Source: Clostridiales bacterium (GTDB lineage: Bacteria; Bacillota; Clostridia; Oscillospirales; CAG-272). Taken from it: DNA of 64,000 nucleotides. Made by a program: the position numbers and the translations under genes. This document shows, piece by piece, positions 35,756-45,780 of the stretch; positions within the stretch are counted from its first letter, which is position 1, and each line of letters begins with the position of its first letter. The DNA lies in assembly GCA_012514145.1 (NCBI GenBank), contig JAAZAV010000033.1, forward strand, positions 8,153 through 72,152, read 5' to 3'. Below the pieces are notes generated by a model. It was not told the DNA's origin and searched no databases. It saw only the letters and a program-made list of their open reading frames with translations.

Positions 35756-37246
35756 ATGAAATCTATACGAATAATCGCTGCGGCACTGACACTTATAATG
35801 CTGTTCACCGCCTTCATTTCCTGCGGCGGGGATGGCGGCACCGCGGCTGAAACAACAACCGCTGCGGCGCAGACGCAGACCGAGACAGCCGAAACCGAGC
35901 CGCTTGACGCACTGGAACAGCGCAAACTGGTGGAGGACGAACTGCCCGATAAAGACTTTAACGGCCGCAAGTACCGCGTGATACACAACAGCGGGAACCC
36001 CATACTCGACAGCTTCCTTGCCGAGGAGGAGGCAAGCGGTGATGTGGTGAAGGACGCGGTCTACGAACGCAACTCAAAGGTTAAGGAGCGTTTCAACGCC
36101 GATTTCACCTTTGACAACTCGAGGGTCTATCAGGATGCCGCCAGCTATGTGGCTACAAGCGTTCTGGCGGGGGACGATGCCTTTGACCTTGTGTCCTCGC
36201 ACATAGTGTCACTGTCGGCAAACGCGCTCAAGCATGTGCTGCTCAACTGGTACGACCTGAAATACGTCGATTTCGACAAGCCCTGGTGGTCCCGCTCCTG
36301 CAAAGAGGATCTGACCCTCTACAACACCGCCCTCATAGTGGTGGGAGATATGGCGATGTCGGCGCTGGGCTACACTTATTGCATGTACTTCGACAAGGGA
36401 TTTGCCGAGGACTATAAGATGGGCGACATCTACGAGACGGTGCTTGACGGAGAGTGGACGGTCGACCTGCTGAACGATCTTACAAAGGATATCTACAACG
36501 ATATAAACGGCAACTCGGTGAAGGATATGGAGGACTTCTGCGGTCTGGGCTTCAGAGTGGGCTCCCATACCAACACCTTCCTGTGGGCGTTCAACAACCC
36601 GGTGGTGAGTATCGGCAGCGACGGCGAGCCCAGCGTTTCGATCAGCGTGGAGCGTATAACCGCCCTGCTTGAGAAGATAAACACTCTCTGCAACGTCAAC
36701 CCCGGCGGAATACCCATAACCAAATACGATGATGCATACAACTACTTCAAGAACGGTCACTGCGTGTTCTCACTTGGCGAAATAGGCAACTCGGTCTCCT
36801 TCTTCCGCGACATGGAGAGGGATTACGGCATTATCCCTTATCCCAAGTGGGATGAGGCTCAGGAGCGCTACCGCACCTCGGTGAACGGCGCCCATGAGGG
36901 CATGGCGGTGCCGCTTACTATATCGGACGCCGATTTTGTGGGCATAATCACCGAAGTTCTATGCGCCGAGAGCTATAAGCTGGTGGTTCCCGCCTATTAT
37001 GACGTAGCTCTCAAATACAAGGGCGCCCGGGACGAGACCTCAATAGAACTGCTTGACATAATTGTTGACGGCCGTTTCTTCGACTTCGGCTTTATTTACG
37101 ACAACTGGAAGGGACCCTGCTTCATGCTGGAAGGGCTGGTAAAGAACAACTCCAGCGACTTCGCCTCGGCTTACGCGGCAAAGGAAGCCGCCATAACCGC
37201 ACACTATCAGAGCGTTTTCGACGCCATCGCCGAATACAGCGCGTAA
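35756..37246 (+). CDS. SBP-like lipoprotein, paralogue 4 of 10
   Basis: Lipobox AFISC|GG. Motifs GDVVKDAVYERNSKVKERFN, SVLAGDDAFDLV, FDKPWW, DINGNSVKDMED, DYGIIPYPKWDEAQ and YYDVALKYKGARDETSIELLDIIV. Confidence 0.7.
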   Translation: MKSIRIIAAALTLIMLFTAFISCGGDGGTAAETTTAAAQTQTETAETEPLDALEQRKLVEDELPDKDFNGRKYRVIHNSGNPILDSFLAEEEASGDVVKDAVYERNSKVKERFNADFTFDNSRVYQDAASYVATSVLAGDDAFDLVSSHIVSLSANALKHVLLNWYDLKYVDFDKPWWSRSCKEDLTLYNTALIVVGDMAMSALGYTYCMYFDKGFAEDYKMGDIYETVLDGEWTVDLLNDLTKDIYNDINGNSVKDMEDFCGLGFRVGSHTNTFLWAFNNPVVSIGSDGEPSVSISVERITALLEKINTLCNVNPGGIPITKYDDAYNYFKNGHCVFSLGEIGNSVSFFRDMERDYGIIPYPKWDEAQERYRTSVNGAHEGMAVPLTISDADFVGIITEVLCAESYKLVVPAYYDVALKYKGARDETSIELLDIIVDGRFFDFGFIYDNWKGPCFMLEGLVKNNSSDFASAYAAKEAAITAHYQSVFDAIAEYSA

Positions 37247-37264
37247 CGGCGAATAAATCACCCC

Positions 37265-37293
37265 GGAGACCCTGCTTGGGTCTCCCTTTTTTT
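37265..37293 (+). terminator. intrinsic terminator after paralogue 4
   Basis: GGAGACCC (37265-37272) pairs with GGGTCTCC (37278-37285), followed by T7. Confidence 0.8.
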
Positions 37294-37302
37294 ATTTGGC
37301 TG

Positions 37303-37331
37303 TTGACATAAAACGCCGTCTGTTGTACAAT
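37303..37331 (+). promoter_or_regulatory. sigma-A-like promoter for paralogue 5 and downstream genes
   Basis: TTGACA (37303-37308), 17 nt, TACAAT (37326-37331). Confidence 0.6.
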
Positions 37332-37368
37332 ATTATCACCAAAACACAGAGGAAAGAAGGGGGACAAT

Positions 37369-38922
37369 ATGTCAAACACCGCCAAAAGAATGACAGCGCT
37401 TGCCCTGGCAATCCTTACGCTCATTACGCTGCTTGCTTTAAGCGCGTGCGGCGGCGGCACCGGAGGGGAGAGCGATGCTCCGGCTCCCGGCGAAAACACG
37501 GTCGGCGAGGAAACAACCGCTCCCGCCGAGACGAAACCTCACTACCAGACGCTCAGCGGCGACTACAGCGGGCGCACCTTCCGGGTGCTTGGAATGTATA
37601 ACGATTCCTATCCCCAGTTCACCAACTTCGAGATTTGGTCGGAGGGCGAGACGGGCGATATCGTAAACGACGCGGTCTTCCGCCGCAATCTCGACATCGA
37701 GCAGCAGTACGGCGTAACCATCGAACAGAAGCTCGCCGAGGCGGATCAGGCACATAGTAACACCAAGCTGTACAAGCACATCGAATCGACGGTGCTGGCG
37801 GGTGAGGATTCCTTCGACATCTTCTTCATCATGCTGCGCGACGCCGACCAGATTATAGCCAACGCATATTCGCTGGATATGGCGGAATTCGAATACATCG
37901 ACTTCAGCCAGCCCTACTGGAATCAGAAGACCATCGAGGACATATCCATCGGCGGCAAGGTGTATCTCACCAACAGCGACTTCTCGCTTATCGACAAAAA
38001 GCGCACCTACACACTTATGTACAACCGGGAGCTGTGCTCCGAATATTCCGATTACAAGATAGAAGATATGATCTACGACGGCAACTGGACGCTTGACATA
38101 ATTGCGGAGCTGTGCGACGCGGTTTCCTTTGACATCAACGGCGACGGCGTTCCGGGCATTGAGGATCAATGGGGACTGGGATTCGACTCTGATAAAGGTC
38201 TCTGTTCGTTGCTCATCGGCATGGGCGGTTCGCTTGCGGCAAAGGACGAGACGGGAATGCCGGTGATAAATGTGGGCAGCGAGCGGATGATAAACATCGC
38301 CCAGAAGATTTACGACAGTTTCAACGGCAAGTATAATTACTTCTTCTGCGGTCAGTACCCCTGGAAAGTAACACATATGCGCTCCGCCGACGCGGGTGCC
38401 GTGTTCAAAGCCGGACGTCTGCTTTTCATCACCTCATTCCCCCAGTCGCTTGTCAGCTTTTCGGCGGAAAGCGATCTGGACTACGGCATCATAACCTACC
38501 CCAAGTATGACGAGAGCCAGGACGGCTACTATACATATGCCGACCTGTGGGGATGCGCCCTCTTCGGCGCGCCGGTCACCAATCCCGACACCTCCTTCAC
38601 CGGCTTTATGCTTGAAATCCTGTCCGGCATGTCCACCGATACCACCCTTAAGGCATATTACGAGACGTCCTGCAAGATAAAGCATGTCTACGACGAGACC
38701 AGCGCCGATATGCTTGACATCACCTTCAGCGGCATAGTTTTCGACCTTGGCACCATCTTCGACTGGGGCGGCATGTATTCGACGGTCATATCGCAGATCC
38801 TGTCGATGGGCGGCAGTCCCGCCAAGACCTTCGACTATGTCTCAAAATGGGAATCCATAAAAGAAAAAGCCGAGAGCGAGATGGATAAAACCATTGAAAT
38901 CATCCTCGCCAGAGAGTTTTAA
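37369..38922 (+). CDS. SBP-like lipoprotein, paralogue 5 of 10
   Basis: Lipobox LALSAC|GG. Motifs GDIVNDAVFRRNLDIEQQYGV, TVLAGEDSFDIF, FSQPYW, DINGDGVPGIED, DYGIITYPKYDESQ and YYETSCKIKHVYDETSADMLDITF. Confidence 0.7.
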   Translation: MSNTAKRMTALALAILTLITLLALSACGGGTGGESDAPAPGENTVGEETTAPAETKPHYQTLSGDYSGRTFRVLGMYNDSYPQFTNFEIWSEGETGDIVNDAVFRRNLDIEQQYGVTIEQKLAEADQAHSNTKLYKHIESTVLAGEDSFDIFFIMLRDADQIIANAYSLDMAEFEYIDFSQPYWNQKTIEDISIGGKVYLTNSDFSLIDKKRTYTLMYNRELCSEYSDYKIEDMIYDGNWTLDIIAELCDAVSFDINGDGVPGIEDQWGLGFDSDKGLCSLLIGMGGSLAAKDETGMPVINVGSERMINIAQKIYDSFNGKYNYFFCGQYPWKVTHMRSADAGAVFKAGRLLFITSFPQSLVSFSAESDLDYGIITYPKYDESQDGYYTYADLWGCALFGAPVTNPDTSFTGFMLEILSGMSTDTTLKAYYETSCKIKHVYDETSADMLDITFSGIVFDLGTIFDWGGMYSTVISQILSMGGSPAKTFDYVSKWESIKEKAESEMDKTIEIILAREF

Positions 38923-38937
38923 CGCGGAGAAAACACA

Positions 38938-40302
38938 ATGACCGAACATTATATCACCCCCAACCGCCCCGGGTGCGTAGGGCGGAGCGACAGCGAATCG
39001 ATACAAAACGCGATAGCCGCCGCGAAGTCAAACGGGCTTGACACGGTGGTGATCCCCCGGCGCAACGAGCGCACCGGAGAGATGCTCTGGAACATCTCCG
39101 AGACGATACTTCTGCCCTCGGGGATCACAATAATCATCGACAACGCCCATCTGCGTCTTGCCGACGGCGTTTTCTGCAACATGTTCCGAAACGAAAATAT
39201 GTATAATGAAGCGGGGCTCTCCGCGGAGGGCGAACAGCACGATATCCGCATCCTCGGCCGGGGGAACGCTCTGCTTGACGGCGGCAATCACAACGGCCTG
39301 ACCGAACGCACCTCAATGAAAGAGGGCTATCCCCACATCTACCACAACAGCTTCATTCTGCTGCACAATGTCCGCGACTTTGAGATTTCGGGCATGACAA
39401 TGACCGAACCGCGCTGGTGGTGCGTCAACCTGATATACTGCAGCTACGGCAGGGTGGGGGATATTAAGGTTTTCGCCCGTGACAACGTGCCGAACCAGGA
39501 CGGGATAGACCTGCGCTGCGGCTGTCACAATATCGTTGTCGAGGACATCACGGGACAGGGCGGAGATGACCTCATAGCGCTCACCGGCTTTCAGGGCACC
39601 GAGACAAAGCACGCGGTGGCGGGGCGCTGCATCGACATTCATTCGGTGGTCATCCGCTCGATACGCGGCACCTCGGTGACAAAGGCGATTGTGGCGCTGC
39701 GCAACCACGACGGCGTCCGCCTCCACGATATACTTATCGACGGCATAGTGGACAGCGCGGCGGGGGAGCCGGACAACCGCCCATACGCCGCCCTGCGCAT
39801 CGGTCAGAACCACTATGTGCATACCCGCCCTTCGGCTCTTGGGGAGACGTTCAATATCAACGCTCAGAATATCCACTCTTCGCGCAACACCGCGGTGCTG
39901 CTCTGTTCCACGCTGTTAAACAGCTCGCTGCGGAACATTTACTCTTCGGGGAGCGCCGTATGTGCCGTCTCCACCAACACCGGCGCGCAGATTAAAAACC
40001 TGCTTATCGACGGCGTATTCTATACAGCCGACAGGATGGAGAACACCGCCTGCGCAGCCGACCGCTGCGGCTCACACGAGGCGGTTTTCAACTTCGAGCA
40101 TCACGAGGACACCCCGGCGCTGTGCGGCAGCAACCGCTCGGAGAACGTTGTCATCTCAAACGTCTTCGCTTCGAATCTCGGCTCCCGTCCTCTGCTCTAT
40201 GCCTCGGGTAGAGCCGATGTGACTATAATCGACAACGCCGAATCGGCTCGTCTGCCGGTGCTCACCGACGGCGGGGAGGATGTGAGGGTAACACGGATAT
40301 AG
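38938..40302 (+). CDS. leaderless right-handed beta-helix protein, GH28-related glycosidase-like (copy A)
   Basis: N-terminal DSESIQNAIAAAKSNGLDTVVIPR resembles the pectate-lyase-3 type. NQDGIDLRCG and GQGGDDLIALTG resemble the GH28 NTDG / G-DD motifs. No signal peptide. Confidence 0.55.
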   Translation: MTEHYITPNRPGCVGRSDSESIQNAIAAAKSNGLDTVVIPRRNERTGEMLWNISETILLPSGITIIIDNAHLRLADGVFCNMFRNENMYNEAGLSAEGEQHDIRILGRGNALLDGGNHNGLTERTSMKEGYPHIYHNSFILLHNVRDFEISGMTMTEPRWWCVNLIYCSYGRVGDIKVFARDNVPNQDGIDLRCGCHNIVVEDITGQGGDDLIALTGFQGTETKHAVAGRCIDIHSVVIRSIRGTSVTKAIVALRNHDGVRLHDILIDGIVDSAAGEPDNRPYAALRIGQNHYVHTRPSALGETFNINAQNIHSSRNTAVLLCSTLLNSSLRNIYSSGSAVCAVSTNTGAQIKNLLIDGVFYTADRMENTACAADRCGSHEAVFNFEHHEDTPALCGSNRSENVVISNVFASNLGSRPLLYASGRADVTIIDNAESARLPVLTDGGEDVRVTRI

Positions 40303-40314
40303 GAGGATAAACCG

Positions 40315-41676
40315 ATGATAAAGCAATTCTACACCCCCAACAACACCGAGTGCATAGGCCGTACCGACAGCGTATCGATACAGAGAGCCGTGGACAAGGC
40401 GAGCGAGAGCGGACTTGACACGGTGGTGATTCCGCGTTACAATCTGCGCACCGGAAAAAACATCTGGATAATCGACGAGACCATACTTCTGCCCTCCTGC
40501 ATGACGATAATCCTTGAGGGATGCCATATGCGCATGGCGGACGGAGCGGTCTGCAATATGTTCGCCAACTCCAACGCCCGAACCGAGATCGGCAACACCC
40601 CAGGGGGCGAGCAGCACGACATAGCGATAATCGGGCGGGGGCAGGCTGTGCTTGACGGCGGTGAGCCGAACGGCCTGTCGGAATTCACCTCCATGAAGGA
40701 CGGGCGCCCCCACATCTCACAAAATCTCACCATATATCTGCACAACGTGACCCGCTTCATAATAGAAGGATTTACGGTTGTAGACCAGCGCTGGTGGGCG
40801 ATGGCATTCATGTACGCCCGTTCGGGCAGAGTGGGGAACCTCAATTTCCGGCTCACCCGGCATGCCATAGACTCGAAAACCCAGTGGCGAAACCAGGACG
40901 GCATAGACCTGCGGGTAGGCTGCTCGGATATCGAGATATACTCGATAAGCGGCGAGGTGGGGGACGACATGATAGCCCTTACCGCCCTGAACGGCATACA
41001 TTTTGAAGAAAAAGAGAGGGTGGAGGGAGCGGACACCGACATTCACGACGTTATTATCCGCGACGTCCGGGGCGTCACCAACATGTGCGCCATAATCCGC
41101 CTGCTGTGCCAGTACGGAAATAAGATTTACAATATCACCATGCGCGACATATACGATGTGGCGCGTCCGGGGAAGGAATCGCGGGCGCAGATGCTGCTGC
41201 GCATCGGCGACGAGGGTTACTACCGGGGCGACGAGAGCCTTCGCGCGAAGCCGGGCGATATATGCAACATTTCGGCGGAGAATCTCTATACAAGCGCCAT
41301 GGCGGCAATAGTGACGGCGGTGGGCGTGCGGAACTTCACGGCAAAGAACATTCACGTCAGGGGCGTCGGCGGCTATGTCTGGGCATGCGGCCACTATACG
41401 GTGAACAAGAGCCCGCGGATATTCCATCCCGACGACTATGAGCAGCATAAAACCGAACGCTGCATTGCATATAAGTCGCTCACCACCACCGCAGAGAACG
41501 TGGTTATCGAGGACGTATTCTACGAGGCGGGGGATTTCGGCGCCGAGGCGCTCTTCTCCTTCAGCCGCGCCGCATTGTCCGATGTAACCATAAGCCGCGT
41601 ACACAACGCCTCATCCCTGCCCCTTCTCTCCTTCGCCGATATGGAGGACGCCGCAGGGGATATAAAACTCCTGTGA
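40315..41676 (+). CDS. leaderless right-handed beta-helix protein, GH28-related glycosidase-like (copy B, paralogue of 38938..40302)
   Basis: Collinear with copy A (DSVSIQRAVDKASESGLDTVVIPR, NQDGIDLRVGC, GEVGDDMIALTA). No signal peptide. Confidence 0.55.
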   Translation: MIKQFYTPNNTECIGRTDSVSIQRAVDKASESGLDTVVIPRYNLRTGKNIWIIDETILLPSCMTIILEGCHMRMADGAVCNMFANSNARTEIGNTPGGEQHDIAIIGRGQAVLDGGEPNGLSEFTSMKDGRPHISQNLTIYLHNVTRFIIEGFTVVDQRWWAMAFMYARSGRVGNLNFRLTRHAIDSKTQWRNQDGIDLRVGCSDIEIYSISGEVGDDMIALTALNGIHFEEKERVEGADTDIHDVIIRDVRGVTNMCAIIRLLCQYGNKIYNITMRDIYDVARPGKESRAQMLLRIGDEGYYRGDESLRAKPGDICNISAENLYTSAMAAIVTAVGVRNFTAKNIHVRGVGGYVWACGHYTVNKSPRIFHPDDYEQHKTERCIAYKSLTTTAENVVIEDVFYEAGDFGAEALFSFSRAALSDVTISRVHNASSLPLLSFADMEDAAGDIKLL

Positions 41677-41739
41677 GAGGATAACAGACACTGCCGTTTA
41701 AGACACCAATAAAATTCATAATCTAGGAGGACTGACACC

Positions 41740-43245
41740 ATGAAGAAACTCACGGCGCTAACACTTGTCATCGCACTGCTTCTGGGCGTATTCGCTTCGC
41801 TCACCGCCTGCGGCGGAGGAGACGGGGGAGACACGGCCGTCACCACCACTGCGGCCGATGCGGGCGCGGTAACCGAGGAGACCGAACTGCTCCGCGAGAA
41901 CACTCCCGACACACTGCCGGCAGGGCTCAATTACAACGGCATGGACGTCCGGATACACGTTCGCGGCGACACCGGTTCCATTGAAGAATTCGAGATCGAG
42001 CAGACCGGCGACGTTATCGACGACGCCATATACCGCCGCAATTCGTCGGTTGAGGAACGGCTGAATGTCGAGCTTTCGGTGGTCATAGGCCATGGCTGGG
42101 AAAAGTACAACGATGAGATCAACAAGATACGCAACAGCATCCTGTCGGCCGACAACGCCTTCGACATAGTATCCGGATGGTCGGCGCGGATCCCCGTCCT
42201 TGCGGTGGAGGGCTGCTTCATGAATATGTATGACCTGCCCCACATCGATTTTGATCAGCCCTGGTGGGTGCAGTCGCTTATCGAGGAGCTGACCATCGCA
42301 GACAATCTCTACTTCCTAACCGGCGATATCACGCTTACAATACTCCGCGCCGCGTATGCAATTGTGTTCAACAAATCCATGGCGGAGAAGTATCAGGTGG
42401 GCGATCTTTATCAGACGGTGCTTGACGACAAGTGGACTATTGACGATATGTCCGAAGTTGTTAAAGGCATTTCAAGCGACCTGAACGGCGACGGCGTTAT
42501 GGACGAGAAAGATCAGTATGGTTCCGTTTGGACGGCAATGAATGACGTCGATTCCTTCCTGCAGAGCTCCGGCATCAAGATGATAACCAAGGACAGCGAC
42601 GGCTACCCGGTATGGGATTTCGAATATGATAAGATTGCCGTGCTTGTAGAGAAGGTATACGGGCTGATGTTTGAAAATGACGGTGTTCTCGGCTACAATA
42701 CCGCAGGCGGCACCGCAGGAGAAAATCAGTCCATCATGTTCATCGAAGACAGGGTACTCTTGCGTCCGGCGGTGCTGTCCTACTGCGAGGGCAGCCTCAA
42801 GGAAATGGAGAGCGACTACGGCATCATCCCCTACCCGAAGTATGACGAGAAGCAGGAGGAATACCTTACCCGAATCCAGGACGCCGCGGCGCTCATGTGC
42901 GTGCCGATTTCCCAGCCAACCGATAAGCTGGATGCGGTCGGCGCGGTGCTTGAGGCGATGGCAGCCGAGAGCTACCGGAACGTGACCGCCAGTTTCTTTG
43001 AAGTGGCTATGAAGGTCAAGTATTCGAGGGACGAGGTATCCTCACAGATGCTGGACATCATACGCGGCGGCGCATATCTCAACTTTGCCAGCATCTACAA
43101 CGAGAGCATAGGCTATCCCTGGTTTGTAATGCGCAATCTCATGTGCGCCAAGAGCAAGGATTTCGCCTCATGGTTCGCAAAGAATGAGCCCACGATAATT
43201 CAGAAGCTTGAAGTTGCCGTGAACAGCTTCAAATCCAACGAGTAA
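41740..43245 (+). CDS. SBP-like lipoprotein, paralogue 6 of 10
   Basis: Lipobox SLTAC|GG. Motifs GDVIDDAIYRRNSSVEERLNV, SILSADNAFDIV, FDQPWW, DLNGDGVMDEKD, DYGIIPYPKYDEKQ and FFEVAMKVKYSRDEVSSQMLDIIR. Confidence 0.7.
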   Translation: MKKLTALTLVIALLLGVFASLTACGGGDGGDTAVTTTAADAGAVTEETELLRENTPDTLPAGLNYNGMDVRIHVRGDTGSIEEFEIEQTGDVIDDAIYRRNSSVEERLNVELSVVIGHGWEKYNDEINKIRNSILSADNAFDIVSGWSARIPVLAVEGCFMNMYDLPHIDFDQPWWVQSLIEELTIADNLYFLTGDITLTILRAAYAIVFNKSMAEKYQVGDLYQTVLDDKWTIDDMSEVVKGISSDLNGDGVMDEKDQYGSVWTAMNDVDSFLQSSGIKMITKDSDGYPVWDFEYDKIAVLVEKVYGLMFENDGVLGYNTAGGTAGENQSIMFIEDRVLLRPAVLSYCEGSLKEMESDYGIIPYPKYDEKQEEYLTRIQDAAALMCVPISQPTDKLDAVGAVLEAMAAESYRNVTASFFEVAMKVKYSRDEVSSQMLDIIRGGAYLNFASIYNESIGYPWFVMRNLMCAKSKDFASWFAKNEPTIIQKLEVAVNSFKSNE

Positions 43246-43285
43246 AACGCGATAAATACAATACAGAAAGGCAAGAAAAGCAAGT

Positions 43286-44257
43286 ATGACCGAAAATACG
43301 GAAGTAAAAACCCCCGCGACAGAAGAAGTTTACGCCCTTTTCCGCGAGACGATGCCCTTTGCGGTGATAAGCGACGGAGCCGCCCGATATGTTATTGGAA
43401 AACCGGAGAACACGCTGCTCTTCCGCCGGAACGAGAAGGGCGAACTCATCGCCGCCCTGGTCCTCGAAACCGACACGGTGCTGTTTTTGGGAGTGCGCGA
43501 GAATTTCCGCCGCCGGGGCATCGCAGGCGAACTACTGTCGGAAGCCGAGGAACTGGTGAAGGCGGCGGGTCACAAATATATCAGAATCGGCGCGGGAAGG
43601 GATTACCTCACTCCCGGTGTGCCGATGGCCGAACCGGTAGGCGATGTAAAATTTTTCCTGCCGCCCGATATAGTGCCGGGCATAGACAGGAGTGCCGCCG
43701 GATTCTTCATCCGTCGGGGTTACCGCCACGGCTGGGGCGAGGACAACTGCTTCGACATGCAAATGTCGCTCACCGAACCGGGGCTGTCATTCCCCGCGGA
43801 GGGCGAGACAATAGACGGCATCACCTACCGTATCGCCGTAAAGGGCGACATCGAGGGCGCCTGCCGCTGCACCGACGACGCTCATCCCGATTTCACCAAA
43901 TACTACCGGAGCGAGTCGCTGTATGAATACAATCACCATCCCGGAAAGCACGTGAAGGGCGGCGAGGTCAGCTTTGCCCTTGTCGCCGAAGCCGACGGGG
44001 AGATCGCAGGCACGCTGATAATCAGCCTCAACGCGGGAGGCGAGGGCATCGGCAGCGTGGGCTGCACCGCGGTTGCCCGCAAATACAGAAAACGCCACAT
44101 AGGGGTCAACATGGTGCGGGTGGGCACCGGAATTCTTGCGGAGGCTGGGATGACTCTCGGGTTTCTCGGCTACACCTACACAGGGCTTGACCGCATGTAC
44201 GGCTATTCGGGCTACCGGGTGCGCAACTTCTGGCTCATGGCGCACAAGGATTTTTGA
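43286..44257 (+). CDS. tandem GNAT-fold acetyltransferase
   Basis: Two GNAT-like halves are present (FRRRGIAGELLSEAEELV and ARKYRKRHIGVNMVRVG). Confidence 0.65.
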   Translation: MTENTEVKTPATEEVYALFRETMPFAVISDGAARYVIGKPENTLLFRRNEKGELIAALVLETDTVLFLGVRENFRRRGIAGELLSEAEELVKAAGHKYIRIGAGRDYLTPGVPMAEPVGDVKFFLPPDIVPGIDRSAAGFFIRRGYRHGWGEDNCFDMQMSLTEPGLSFPAEGETIDGITYRIAVKGDIEGACRCTDDAHPDFTKYYRSESLYEYNHHPGKHVKGGEVSFALVAEADGEIAGTLIISLNAGGEGIGSVGCTAVARKYRKRHIGVNMVRVGTGILAEAGMTLGFLGYTYTGLDRMYGYSGYRVRNFWLMAHKDF

Positions 44258-44331
44258 CCCGAAAACACGTCTTGCGGCATCGCCTGATTTCGGCTTTTCC
44301 GCACGCCGCATATAACGAAAGGATAAAGGAT

Positions 44332-45750
44332 ATGCATGTACATCCCGCTAAGGCCGCCCCCTTTGAGGGCGCGCCGCGAATCACCGCTCCGTCGGTATTC
44401 GGAGCATCTCCGAACAAGCCCTTCCTCTGGCGCGTTCCGGTGCTGGGAGAGCGGCCGGTAAGCATTGAAGCCGAAGGTCTGCCCGAGGGGCTGCGCCTTG
44501 AGGGGAATGCGGTTCGGGGCTTCACCAGCCGCCGGGGCGAATTTCCCGTGACATTGCGCGCCGTCAACGCAAAGGGAAGCGGCGAAAAGACTGTCACCCT
44601 GCGGCTGGAGCCCGACGGAATGCTGCGGACTCCCCTGCTGGGATTTACCACCTGGAACGCCTTTCAGACCGGCGTGACCCAGGAGGATGTTATACGCACC
44701 GGCGAGCTTCTTGTTGAGAAGGGCATTGCCGAATACGGCTACAGCTATGTCAATCTCGACTCCTCCTGGCAGGGGGAGTACGGCGGGCGGTACAACGCCA
44801 TAATGCCCTGCGAGCGCTTCCCCGACATGGGAGCGATGTATGCCCGGCTGCACGAACTGGGGCTTAAGGGGGGCATATACTCCTCACCCTTTCTTGCGCC
44901 CTGGGGCTGTCCGCCCGACCGAGAGTCGCTGCCCGGCTGCACGGTGGGCGAGCCGGATATCCGCTTCCCCGACAGAAACACCGGCATCGGTGTCGACCGC
45001 CGTGAGGCAGAGAATGTGGCGCAGTGGACCGAATGGGGCGTTGACTATCTCAAATATGACTGGATGCCCACCGATGCGGTTAACGCCGACCTGATGAAGC
45101 GGGAGCTGTTGAAAGCCGGCCGGGAGATAGCCTTCTGCGTCACGGTGCACGCCGATCCCGCCTGCTGGCGGTACTGGGTGAAGAACTGCTGTTCCTGGCG
45201 CTCAAACGACGACACCTACGACACCTGGGATAACCTGTACAAGCGCTTCTCGTATCTGAACCGCTTCGAGGGACGCACCGCGCCGGGTCACTTCTATGAC
45301 CTGGACATGCTTGCCATCGGCGCCATGATAATGAACAATCTGAGCTGCCGCTACACCCCCGAGGAGGAGCTGACCGCCTATACCCTCCACGCCTTCTTCC
45401 CGTCGCCGGTACAGCTGAGCATGCAGCTCGACCGGCTCACCGATTACGAGTTCGACCTCATCTGCAATGAGGAGCTTATCGCCATAAATCAGGACGCTCT
45501 CGGCGACTACCCGAAGCTTGTGTTCGACGAAGGGGATGTGAAAATCTACTCCCGATCCCTCGAGGACGGCGGAAAAGCCTATGCCGTGTTCAACCTCTCG
45601 GAAAAGGAAGCCGAGGGCAGTCTTGAACTCGGCGGCGAATATGCCCTTCGCCGGGTCTGGGAGAAAGAGGATATCGGAGTTTCCGACAGGCTGAGCTATA
45701 TCCTCTCACCACATGAGTCGGCGGTGTTCAGGCTAAGTCCGGTAAAATAA
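44332..45750 (+). CDS. leaderless GH27-like alpha-galactosidase-family enzyme with N-terminal Ig-like domain
   Basis: TPLLGFTTWNAF, YSYVNLDSSWQ and VDYLKYDWM are melibiase-fold motifs. ATG at 44332 follows AAAGGA. The TTG start at 44254 was rejected. Confidence 0.7.
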   Translation: MHVHPAKAAPFEGAPRITAPSVFGASPNKPFLWRVPVLGERPVSIEAEGLPEGLRLEGNAVRGFTSRRGEFPVTLRAVNAKGSGEKTVTLRLEPDGMLRTPLLGFTTWNAFQTGVTQEDVIRTGELLVEKGIAEYGYSYVNLDSSWQGEYGGRYNAIMPCERFPDMGAMYARLHELGLKGGIYSSPFLAPWGCPPDRESLPGCTVGEPDIRFPDRNTGIGVDRREAENVAQWTEWGVDYLKYDWMPTDAVNADLMKRELLKAGREIAFCVTVHADPACWRYWVKNCCSWRSNDDTYDTWDNLYKRFSYLNRFEGRTAPGHFYDLDMLAIGAMIMNNLSCRYTPEEELTAYTLHAFFPSPVQLSMQLDRLTDYEFDLICNEELIAINQDALGDYPKLVFDEGDVKIYSRSLEDGGKAYAVFNLSEKEAEGSLELGGEYALRRVWEKEDIGVSDRLSYILSPHESAVFRLSPVK

Positions 45751-45780
45751 GCGAAAAACACATATACACATAACAAAACA

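Noticed and set aside
44254-44331. Upstream TTG start for the GH27-like gene, overlapping the GNAT stop.
   Set aside because: The extra 26 residues (MTRKHVLRHRLISAFPHAAYNERIKD) look non-coding. The ATG at 44332 has an AAAGGA ribosome-binding site.
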